A stretch of 64,000 bases of DNA from Batkoa obscura (lineage: Eukaryota), in NCBI GenBank assembly GCA_030770535.1, contig JASVEC010000020.1, positions 124,001-188,000 of the forward strand, in the 5' to 3' direction. The notes beneath the pieces are model-generated. The model was not told the origin of the DNA, ran no database searches, and was given only the letters and a program-made list of their open reading frames with translations. Position numbers and translations under genes: made by a program. Shown here piece by piece: positions 53,088-64,000 of this stretch (its first letter is position 1; each line of letters opens with the position of its first letter).

Positions 53088-53554
53088 ATTTAGTCAATTA
53101 TTTTAGAACGAGTATCAAGAACATAGTAAAAAAAGTGTTTACTTCTACCAGAGTTATTAGCAATTTTGTTAAAACCCATATAGTCGGTTTTAGACTTACT
53201 AATCAAAATAAAACTAAATTAGCCAAATTAAATAATATTAGTATAAATAGAATAAGTAGGTAAAGAAAATATTGTTAATGGAGAAATGGAAGTAAGTTCA
53301 AAAAGTTGATGATATCAATAAAGATGTAGTAGAGGGGATTGTTATTGAAAGGGATGAAGATAATGTAGATAGAACAATTATTACCAAAAATGAGGATAAA
53401 GTAATTGAAATAGCTAAGCTCAATTAATTTATTTTATAAGCTACTTATTAATACTGGTAAAAAACAAAAGAAAGCAAAAAAATTGCTTTTATCGTACCAC
53501 AAATATATATACTTTTTAAAAACAAAGTATTTATATATCAAAATTTTATTATTC

Positions 53555-53661
53555 GGGGATGTTTTTTTTGACTTCACTACTCTCTCAATAAATGAGGAGA
53601 TGTATTTTTGTTTAAGAATTTTACTAACAATTTTTCTACTCAAATAGTGCTTAAAAGATGG
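53555..53661. mobile_element. Rearranged MITE (two complementary pieces in opposite orientation)
   Basis: 53555-53583 is the left end in + orientation; 53596-53661 is the remainder in - orientation. Confidence 0.75.
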
Positions 53662-54393
53662 TTTTTATCTTTTTTAGTGGCAGTAATTTTAGTACAAATT
53701 CAATTTTTAATTCAGAATTTGTTCCTTTAATGAATTGGGTGTCTACTGATTTACTAAATAAAATTATCACATCAAATTTCAATTTAGCTCTAAAAATAAT
53801 CATTGAAAATATATGACATTTTTAAATTTCAGCCTAAAAGTCATAGAGGAAGGATACTAATAGCTAACTTGTACTGCTTTAAGTTCTACAACTTCCAAAC
53901 TTAAGTTACAAATAACAAACTGTTCAAAATTAATTGTAAGCACTGTAAAGTTTAGAAGTATAAAGGAATTATCTATAATTGATCCTTACCGTTTAATAGC
54001 CTAGCATAAAAATGATAAGAAAAATGACCTTGAAAAAGTACTCTTTTATTGTATCAAACCTAAATTTTTGGTTTAGAATTTCTGTTCACCAATGAAAATT
54101 CAAAACTTTAGCTTAAGGCTTAGCAATGAGTTGCCCGTTTTAAAAGATTTCAATCTTATTGATCCGATTTAAACGTCAATTAGGCCTTTTTAATTCTATA
54201 TTTAGTGGTTACAAAAATAAAAAACTAGCATAAATAGAGTCAAGTAAGACAAGTCAAAAATGCCCAATTTATGTTTAAATCGGATTAAAATAATTTTAGT
54301 TTGGACCATTGTGTGACTGTTAAAAAATTATCTATTATTTTAAGCATAACTTTTTTAATTTCTAATTCTTTTGAAATTATACGATTCTATCAA

Positions 54394-57230
54394 ATGTCAA
54401 TCCACTCAGTTGAGCAAAAAACGTTATTATCTGCCGACGAAATAGACGAAGGTAGAGAAGATGAATTCGCTACCACTTCTCATTCTGATTTGGAGAAAAA
54501 AAGGAGTTTATTAACTAAATGGAATCTAAATAATTCCTTAAATTTAATCTTAAAACAAAACAATGAATATGCTGAATTGATTTCACCAACAGGTAAAAAT
54601 GAAAGGAATAGTTCATTATTTTTTAATATTAAAGAAAATGAGATGGTCAACAATGAGCTCTTTGAAGACCAGACGTTGGAAGATAAAAAAGACGAAGAAA
54701 AAGCGAATGGAAAAAGAGAAACTGAATCAGAAATTTTGAAATTAAAAAAAGAGGAGGTGAAGGAGTTAAAGTTAGATGAATTAAGTTTAGATTTAAACAA
54801 TAAAAGTTTAATAGAAGAAAGAGAAAGGGAAATAGATCATGAAGACGATATGGATCCCATGCATGAAGAAGAAGATTATAATGGACTTGAAGAAGTAAGG
54901 ACTTTACTTGTTTTAAATCTAAATTTATTAATTATCCTTTTTTTAGCATGGGTCCATTTACTTAAATAAGATCAAAAAGAATCAACTAGAACAGGAAATT
55001 GTACCCGAGATTAAAGTAAGTATTCAATTTTTATTTTTATTATAGAATTAGTAAAAGTTAATTTGGTTTTAGAATAAGAATACAATTAAGTTCACTTTTT
55101 GGGCACAAAAACAAAAATTCAAAGATGTATTTTTTTTACTACTTTATATTGGTTATACACTTTCTTTTTTAATCGTTAATATTATTATGTTTTGGGAAAC
55201 TAGCCAAGTAAGACATTATTTTTGTTTAATATTTGTTATAATTTAATATTATTATAAAGTCTTCTTTAATTGCAAAATATACATCAACTACTATCTTTCG
55301 TGCTATTAAGGAAAGTTTATGTAAGTTTCTATAAAAAAGCGATTTTAATTGAACTAATCAAATTTTATTTTTAGTGGCAGTCACTATTAATATCTTAAGT
55401 TCGATTATTATTGGTTGTATATGGTTATATAGTTTATGTTTAATACCTAAGGTAAATAAAATATAGAATAACAATAATAGTAACAATAATGATAATTTCT
55501 ATTACAGAATGTTATTTGGTTTTTATTTTTATCTATGCCGGCCTTTTCAATGTTAACCTCACTTTGGATGGTATTTAAAGGGCATATTGGATTTTCTTTT
55601 ATTTATGGAGAGGGAGATCCATCTCTTGGGTAACAATAATACTATAATAATGTAAGAATTTATTAATTTAATTTAGTTCATATATCTTTTCAATCTTCCC
55701 CTTATTAATGGCAATAAGTCATGGATTTATTATACATCGTTATCATTCTTCAGTTAAACAGGCAATTGATATTGTACAGGTAGTTAAATCAATATATAAT
55801 AGTAATAAATAATAACAACTAATAATAATTTTCAATTAGATGACATGTACCGTATTAAAAAATAATTTGGAAATTTTTTCAATGTCATTAATGTGTTTAG
55901 GAATTAATATATTATTTACTTGTATTTGGTTAATCTCTTTTGATCGTTTATTTTTATTGGGACATTTAGAAGCTACAGATAAAGACAGTCAAAGTAAGTA
56001 GAGCAATAATAGTATAACAATATAATAATATAATCGTATAATAATATTAACATTATTATTATAGATAAAATATGGATATTGAATAGTAATTTAAAACTAT
56101 TAATACCTTATTATTGTTTATTTTATTTCTGGACAACTTCACTTATTAATAATATTGAAAGGTAAATAATAATAAAATGATATAGTAATAGAATAATAAC
56201 AATATCCATTTATATATTAGATCATGTATTGCTGGTACAGTATCTCAATGGTATTTTTATCAGTAAGCTATAATAATAACATAATAATAATAATGATATT
56301 AAATTTTTAATAATATTTACTCATTATAATAGAAAAGAATATCAATTTTTAAATGGATACCATCCAACAAAAATAGCTTTAAAGCGCTCTCTTACTACTT
56401 CTTTAGGAAGTTTAAGTTTTGCGTCTTTAGTAATGGCCTTTTGCAATTGTTTAAAATTGTTAAAGACTTTTTATATTAATAGTCCAAAGGTAAATTAATA
56501 ACAAAATAATAATAAAATGATAGAATACATTTCAATAATATATTAACTAAACTTCATATTAATCTATTTTAATAAATAGATTAATGGACAAAAAGGAAGA
56601 ATCTTAAGAATTTTATTTTTTCCAATTTTAATAATAGCTAATTTGGTCGAAAGTATTAGCTTTTATACTGTATCTTATATTGGTATCTCTGGAAAATCGT
56701 TTTTGAAATCAAGTAAATTAGCTACATCAATTTTAAGGAAAAGAATGAATCAAATTTTCTTATCAGGTAAAAATTTAAATAATAAAAACTAACAATAGTA
56801 TAATAATAATATAAAATTATTAACCTTTTATTTTATATTAGCAATGATTATACGTATAACTATTTATTCTGCTATTTCACTTGGCTGTATAATTTCTGGA
56901 TTTGCCTTTTATTGTTTTTCAGCAGATACCTTACATACTAATCATTTTTTAATTGTTGGTTTAATTGGAGTTGGCATTCCATTTTATATCTTTAAGTTTT
57001 TAATGAATATATTATTATACAGGTAAATTATTATTTAATATAGAATAAGAATAGTAGCATAGAATTCATATATAATAATAGGATGTAAAATGTAATGTAA
57101 TAAGTTTACTAATACTAATCAATTTTTTTATTTTTATTTTAGTTCGGATGCCATCTATATATGTTATAATATTGATTTAGATAATAAGACTGTTCATAAT
57201 TCATTAGCTCATAAAACGTTATCCAATTAA
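54394..57230 (+). CDS. Choline transporter-like protein (CTL/SLC44/PNS1 family), many exons
   Basis: Acidic N-terminus, FKDVFFLLLY, YFWTTSLINNIE..IAGTVSQWYF, ALKRSLTTSLGSLSFASL, YIGISGKSFLKSS, DAIYICYIID; many short introns. Confidence 0.8.
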
Positions 57231-57349
57231 TTTGTAATAGAAAAATCCACTGTATATTATATTATGTTATTAAAGATCATTTATTATTAGTATTATTAAA
57301 TTCAATAAAAAAAAATAAAAAAATACTTCTTTTTATTTTTATTTTTATT

Positions 57350-58607
57350 TTATATATTAGTTAATTTATTAGACCATTGTTTCCAATAGAATAAAGTGGC
57401 TTGATTGTTATTCTTATCTATAAGAAGTAAATTGATTAGTATATAATAATAGAACATAATAATATAATAGCTACCATTTTTATTATTTTCATAAGATTGT
57501 ATTAATTGATTGATATAATTTAATAAAAAATTGAATTGATTTTTATTAATTAATTCTTTTTTTAGTTGAAATATTAAATTTAAATTTTCAATATTATTTA
57601 AACCCTTAGAAAGTAACAGATTATCCTGAATATAATATAAAACAAAATAATATTAGAAAGAAAATAATAAAAACAAGAAAATAAAAAACAATAATAATAG
57701 AATATTACCTTCCAATTTAATCCCGATAATATATGATTGAAACTTAATAAATAATTATTTTTTTTTCGATAATTTAAATAAGAGATCAATGGTAAGATCA
57801 TTGTTAATTTGGAATTATTAAAATTAATTTTATCTTCTAAAAAATAAAAATAAAAATTTAATATTAGTTATTCCATTGAAATCATAATTTACTTATTTTA
57901 ATAATAATAGATAATAATAAATAATAATAAATAATAATAAATAATAATAAATAATAATAAATAATAATAAATAATATAATAAAATAGTTAATATATTAAT
58001 AATAAAACTTACCAATTTTATTGATATAGATACAAGTTTCTTCATTATCTAAAGTTAAATGAAATAGTCCCATTATCAATTGATTTTTTCTTAAAATATC
58101 TCTTAATATTTGAGATAATAAAGTAAATCGTTGTAATAATTGAATCTTTTTTTCTAAGATTATAGAACTGGATGTTGTTTTTAATTTGATACTAAATAGA
58201 AGAAAAAAAGTGAATTAATAAATTATTAGATGAATTAATATATTTACAAAGTAGATTAAGAGATTTAGAATTTGTTAATAAAAGTATTGAAATTAAGTTA
58301 TTAATTTACCTATTAATGTTTTCCATTAAATAAAAAAACTGTTGTTGAATTAATTCTATTTTTTTAGAAACATTTAATAAACTTTCAATAGGTTGATATA
58401 AGTTATCAGTATTTAATTGAACCTATATTTATTATAAAAATGAATTCAAAATTACTAATTAAAAGTAAAATAAAGTATTATTTAACTTACTAAATCTATA
58501 ATTTTATTTTGAATACAATTTAATTCATTATTTAATTCATTAATATTAATTTCAATTTTATATTTCTCTTCTTCGGATGCATTGTAATTTAATTCCTTAA
58601 TATTCAT
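57350..58607 (-). CDS. Hypothetical multi-exon protein, N-terminal coiled-coil-like
   Basis: ATG at 58607, open segments bounded by GT/AG signals, CCAAT upstream; no recognisable motif; exon structure and 3' end uncertain. Confidence 0.5.
57901..57975. repeat. (ATAATAATAA)n tandem repeat, intronic
   Basis: About seven 10-bp units. Confidence 0.9.
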
Positions 58608-58740
58608 TTTTTATTTTGAAAATAATACTTTACAAAAATACTTCATAAAAATTAAAATATTATCAAAATATACAAAGCTTTAAATTTGAGCCAATCATTT
58701 TAATTGACTTATTTATTTCACATATTCTTAATATTTTTAT

Positions 58741-59672
58741 TTAATATTGAATACAAGAATAAACTTTGTTATTTAATTTCTCTTTTCCATTAAGTTCAAG
58801 TAATTCAATAATAAATAAATACTCGATTAAATTACCCCCGTTTTTTGAAACTAATTCACCTATTTATTTAAAAATATTATGTTAATGATCATTGTTATTA
58901 TTATAAAAAAACAAAAAAACTTACCAGCAGCAAAGGCACTACCACCTAAGGTAAAGATAAGGATAAAGAAAGAAATGATTAACATAAAGAATTCGAAATA
59001 AATACTAACAATTTCAAAATTTACCTGTAGCAATCAAATCATCAATTATGATAACATTTTGACCTTTTTTGATAGCTTCTTTTTGCATTTCAAAAGTATC
59101 CTAAAAATAAAGATAATAACAAATTAAAAAATAAATTCATTATTTAGTGTTTACTACTAAGCTTACCACACCATATTCTTTGACATATTCAGCTGAAATG
59201 ACTTCTCCACATAATTTTCCTCTTTTACGTACAGGTACAAAACTAGCATTTAATCTTAATGCTAAAATGGGACCTAATAGAAAACCACGAGCATCTAAGC
59301 CTAAATTGTAGATATAAAGTTAGATTTGAATCCTTAAATTATAAGTTATATAGTCTCAAGGATATTATATATATTCATGCAAATAGAAAGGTACGAATTA
59401 GAAGAGAATAAAGAAAATATTTAACTTACCAACAATTACATCAATTTTTTGTTCATTGGTAGTAATAATATGATTAATTAAATGATTAATTAAATATTCT
59501 ACTGCTAATGGATCTTGAAATATTGGAAAAATATCTCTGAAAATGATACCCTAATAAAAAATTCATCAAAATCTTACTTTTTATATTTCTAAATTGAATA
59601 GATAATTACTTCTTTTGGAAAATCAGGTACAGTAGCTATTTTACTTTTAATATAAGAAAGATCCTTGGACAT
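58741..59672 (-). CDS. APT1: Adenine phosphoribosyltransferase, 7 exons
   Basis: [46 protein letters not shown]; 21-nt micro-exon 58925-58945. Confidence 0.95.
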
Positions 59673-59958
59673 AGTTGTTAGTTGCGATATTAAGATTTTA
59701 TACTAAGAAATAGTAATAAAACTGAAGTTTAAGTGACTAATGGAAACTTGGAAACTTGGAAACTTTTACTATTTTTCGATAAGTTTATTGGCTCTTTAAA
59801 TTATTACTAAATTGAGATTATTTTATGGGATTAGTTTATGAAATTGATATAAAAGTCAAGTATTAAAAATAAATAAAATAGATTATTAAAAAGTTTGATT
59901 TATTTTCTTATTGTTTGAATCTGAATCTATTAAAAGTCCATTTCACTATAATTGCCCT

Positions 59959-61018
59959 TTAACTTTTAATAACTTTAATTTTATCATTAACTAAAGTATC
60001 GACTTTTTTATTATTACTTTCTAATATACTTTGTAACTAAAACAAAAATAAATAAATGTTATTAATTAGCTACTATTCTTCTATAAAGTTAAACAATATA
60101 ACTTACCTCTTTTTCTAGATTTTTGATTTCATCTGCTGAAATCCCTGAATTTTTCTTTTTCTTAATAGTTTGTATTTGTTTCATCCCACTTTGTCGAATA
60201 TTTCTTAACTTCAGTTTATTATTTTCTCCAATTAAATGTACTTGTTTAATTAATTGTTCCCGTGTTTCACTTGTTAATCTAATTAAAACAGATTATAATT
60301 AGTATCTAATATAATAAATATAAAAACAATAATCTTGTTTCTATTCGACTTACTTTGGTATAGGCACATTGATTTTATTGTTATTAATAATTGGGGTTAA
60401 ATTAAGTTTAGATGTTAAGATACTCTTTTCTACTACTTTTAAAAACTAATTTATAAAATTAAAATTAAAATGACATATAAAATAGATTATTATTGTAATT
60501 TTACCTTATCTTCAAATAATTGAATAGTTAAGGTTTGATTATCTTTAATGCTAACTTGTCCTAATTGTTTCAATGGTACAATACCATATTCATCTCCAGT
60601 ATCAATTTGTACTTTATCAAGGATAGCTAAAATACAAAAAATATCAATGTTAATATTAAATTTTCAATTCTCCCTTTATTATTACTCCTATCCTCATATA
60701 TTTATTATATAATATTATATTACCTGGATTAGCTCGACCGATTTTTAAACCAGTTAATTCCTTTTCTAAATGAGTTAAATTCACTTCCATTTTATCTGAA
60801 TAAATATTTAGATCAATTTCTACTATTTCTTTTGGTAACTCAATATCATCTTTATATTCTTTTTCTTCAAGTTTTGATTTTGATTTTGATTTATTTTTTT
60901 TACTTGAATATTGAAAGGAAAATAATAACTTATGAGTTGATTGCGGAAGAACTGTTGTGATGGGACGAAGATTGAGTAATGATTTTGTTGGTTTTATAAA
61001 CAAGCGTAAATAACTCAT
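59959..61018 (-). CDS. RRF1: Mitochondrial ribosome recycling factor, multi-exon
   Basis: Basic presequence, LKIGRANP, PLKQLGQVS, LNLTP..INVPIPKLTSETREQL, LRNIRQ. Confidence 0.85.
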
Positions 61019-61682
61019 CGTTTTTGCTTTTTTATTTATTAATAAAGTTGAACTATATTGAAAAATGGTAGATGTTATTTTGAATTTAAAATTTAAACTT
61101 TATAGTTTTTTATTGAAATCATGGACCAATTAAAAGCAACTCTTTATTGGTATGATGACATGAATTATTGTCTTTTTAACAAGACTAAAAAGTAATAAAA
61201 AAACTTTATTATTTTATTTCTTTCTTTTAATTTCAATAAACATTAATTCCAATTATTTATATGATAAATCTATTTTACTATATTCTTTAAATAATTTGGT
61301 AGTTTTAAACTAATAGTATCTATAAACTTAATTCTATAAACTACATTGTTTTAAATCAAAATTTACATTCAATTTTAAAAATAGAGGCTTACAACAGATC
61401 ATTAATTCCTTTTAAATAATAGGAGGATAATAGTCATTATATTCTAAAAAGGATGATTCTATTTATAAGAGCACTTTTTATCATATAAATGTATGATTGA
61501 TCTTTTAATAACTTAATATATAAAGTAGTATTTATCTTGTATTCTGATAAAAATTGAATTTGACTATTTATTAGCGAAATAATATCAACAGTTATTAAAA
61601 CTAACATATACAATTATTCTGTATAAAATTAACATATTAATAATTACATGCTGATCTTACTTACTTTATCTTTTAACTAAAA

Positions 61683-61691
61683 ATAATAATA

Positions 61692-61721
<30 letters not shown>
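61683..61721. repeat. (AAT)n microsatellite
   Basis: Direct inspection. Confidence 0.85.
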
Positions 61722-61722
<1 letters not shown>

Positions 61723-61872
61723 GTTAATAAAAAAAGGAGGTTAGCTTTTATAAAGAAGATATTATAAAGAATAAAGAAATAATATAAAAATAAAATTGTT
61801 AGTCCTCAATTATTAATAACAATACACGCTTATCATCAATTTATGAACCAATAGAATAATTCCATATCTAAC

Positions 61873-63642
61873 TTATGTTGTTAGTTTATTGTTATCATTT
61901 TCTTCAGTTTCTAATTTAGGACACCAACGTTTTGTAATTATACCCCATTTATTCTCCTTATCAAAATTATTTAAAAAGGTATTAGCAAACTCTTTATTTT
62001 TAAATATTAACAGCATTTTGTTATCTAATTTCTTGTCAATTTTTTTTAAAATATTCCATTTTTTATCATCTATTAATTTCAAGCATACCAAATTTTCAAC
62101 ATTAATATTTTCAATTTCAATTATATGTTGTGGTAAACTAGGTATATCTGTAGGTTTGACACCTTCATAACTATCCCCACTATATTCATATAATAATCCT
62201 TTTTCATTAATACTCGTTTTTTTTTGTAATGTTGGGTTATTACGATTGTTACTATGATATTTTTTATATGTATTCTTAAAATTAGGATTACTATTGATAT
62301 TCTTGATTCCATTATTATTAATCTTAACATTATTATTTCCATTATTATTAAATTTTGGATTATTAGGATCAAATAATTCCCTACCTCTCACTGGTTTTCG
62401 TCGTTCAAATTCACTACTATAACTCATCATATTATAATTATAATTATAATAATAAACATTACTATTATTATTATAACTATCACTATAATTACTATAATTG
62501 CCATTATAATTACAATACTTTAAATCTTGATTTGGATTATATTGTGTTGAAGGAGAGGATATATTATTGTTATTATAATTAGAATATTTATATTCATTTT
62601 CATTCAAACTATTTTCTGGATAATAATTATAATTATAATTAGGATCGTATGGATAATAAAATGGTGGCGATTGTTGTACATTATTAGTAGTGGTATAATT
62701 TGAATTGTATGAATTCACCGGATTACTCATATAATATGACTGTTGTTGTGGCTGTTTATAATAATAATTATTACTATCATTATTATAATTATCATTATTA
62801 TTTTCTGCTTTTAAATTTAGCTGATTACTATTATTATTATTTTCGCTTTGTCCATTTAATTTATCATTACTATTATTATTATTACTATTGATACTATTTC
62901 CATTTGTACTTCTAACACTAGTGCTTACACTTGTTGAGTCTCTAATTTCACTGTTTTTATCATCACTGGTTTGTGAACAAGTATCCAACTGAAGATTTGA
63001 AATCTTTGATTCTACAGAAGCAATACTTGAAGTTGGACTTTGATTAAATATACGAGCCCTCGCTTCTTGATATCTTGCTTCTCTTAATTCTAGTCTTAGT
63101 TGTAATTCTTTTTCTAAATTAGCTTCCTTTTTGGTTAATTCTTTTTTGTCAATAGTATTCCCATTCTTTCTTTGCATAATTTTTAATGATATGGTTGGAG
63201 TTTCGACTTCATTTTCAATTAAATCACTGATACGTATTATTGGTCTAGGTATTAGTGTTATTGTTAATATGCTATTACAACAATAATTCATAAATAAAAC
63301 TTACATTTCACTTAATCCTGTTTTATTTAATATCATCGTCTTTTTAATTTTATCCAAGTTATGTTCCAATTTAAAATAATCAGCAATACGGTGAATCACT
63401 CTTCTTTGGTAAGAATTCATTTGTGGAAACTCCAATTCAGTACGACTAATAATATATCAAATAAATTCATCAATTAAATTACTTTTATCTAGTTAATAAA
63501 TAATAAAATACTACCTCTCATCTAAAATAAACGCTTCCAATTCTTTATCTAATTTCAATAAAAATAGTCGATCCTTAGGTATTTTGATTGCACTTAATAA
63601 AAAGCCATCAATAGTATCGTAACTTTCTATTTCATTTTTCAT
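61873..63642 (-). CDS. R3H-SUZ RNA-binding protein (encore/R3HDM/Rbs1-like) with N/Y/Q-rich region, at least 3 exons
   Basis: DRLFLLKLD, FPQMNSYQRRVIHRIADYFKLEH (R3H), LKIMQR..REARYQEARARIF (SUZ); 5' end uncertain. Confidence 0.85.
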
Positions 63643-63882
63643 CTTCTTGAATCTTATTGACGTTAACTATTATTAAATTGATAAAAGCAGATAGGGGATA
63701 TAAAAAAATCAATTATTTATTTTATTTTATCTTTATTGGGAATTTCTATTATTATCTTTCTGTTTTAAGTAAAGTTGCTTCTATTTTTGAATTACACCAA
63801 TGAAAATTAGGCCACTCGATCAAAAGAATAGCCTAATTGGTTAGATCCTAAAAGCTATTTATTTTTAGAAATTCATTGAGAG

Positions 63883-64000
63883 GAGGGATATATTTTTTTG
63901 TTTATAATTTTATTAACAATCTTTCCACTCAAATAGTGCTTGAAAAATGGAAAAAATAATGAAATCAAAAAAACTCTTAGGGTTGTTTTTTTGACTCTCC
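63883..64000 (-). mobile_element. MITE copy followed by the start of another at the window edge
   Basis: Core CCACTCAAATAGTGCTTGAAAAATGGAAAAAATAATGAAATC; GGGTTGTTTTTTTGACT begins at 63980. Confidence 0.8.

Noticed and set aside
53262..53427. Acidic ~55-codon open stretch (KENIVNGEMEVSS..AKLN)
   Set aside because: Coding-like, but no supportable upstream exons or homology; may be a relic

Overview
Very AT-rich eukaryotic DNA with many short (about 45-90 nt) GT-AG introns. Gene content points to an early-diverging fungus; the secreted proteases, class-A-like 7TM receptors and low GC fit Entomophthoromycotina such as Conidiobolus, but this is inference. Dense housekeeping blocks (about 0.4-11.7, 16.3-20.5 and 54.4-63.6 kb) carry EXO5, NDK, RVB2, Rieske protein, mitochondrial ACP, a Nsl1/Mis14-like gene, RPN8, RPS0, NAA10, a PIN4-like gene, a CTL/PNS1 transporter, APRT, mitochondrial RRF and an R3H-SUZ gene. 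They also hold an RNase P RNA gene at 11358-11644 that the ORF track does not show, with a possible external USE+TATA promoter. The gene-sparse blocks carry three inverted paralog pairs (two peptidase S41 pseudogenes, two rhodopsin-like 7TM receptors, two S28 peptidases), a trypsin, a divergent glutamate-cysteine ligase and a KDM4-type demethylase. They also carry about 22 copies of a ~98-bp MITE with GRG..CYC ends and 4-bp AWWT target duplications (Sola-like, with empty sites in paralogs) and three solo LTRs of one family. Exon boundaries were read by eye and no database searches were run.
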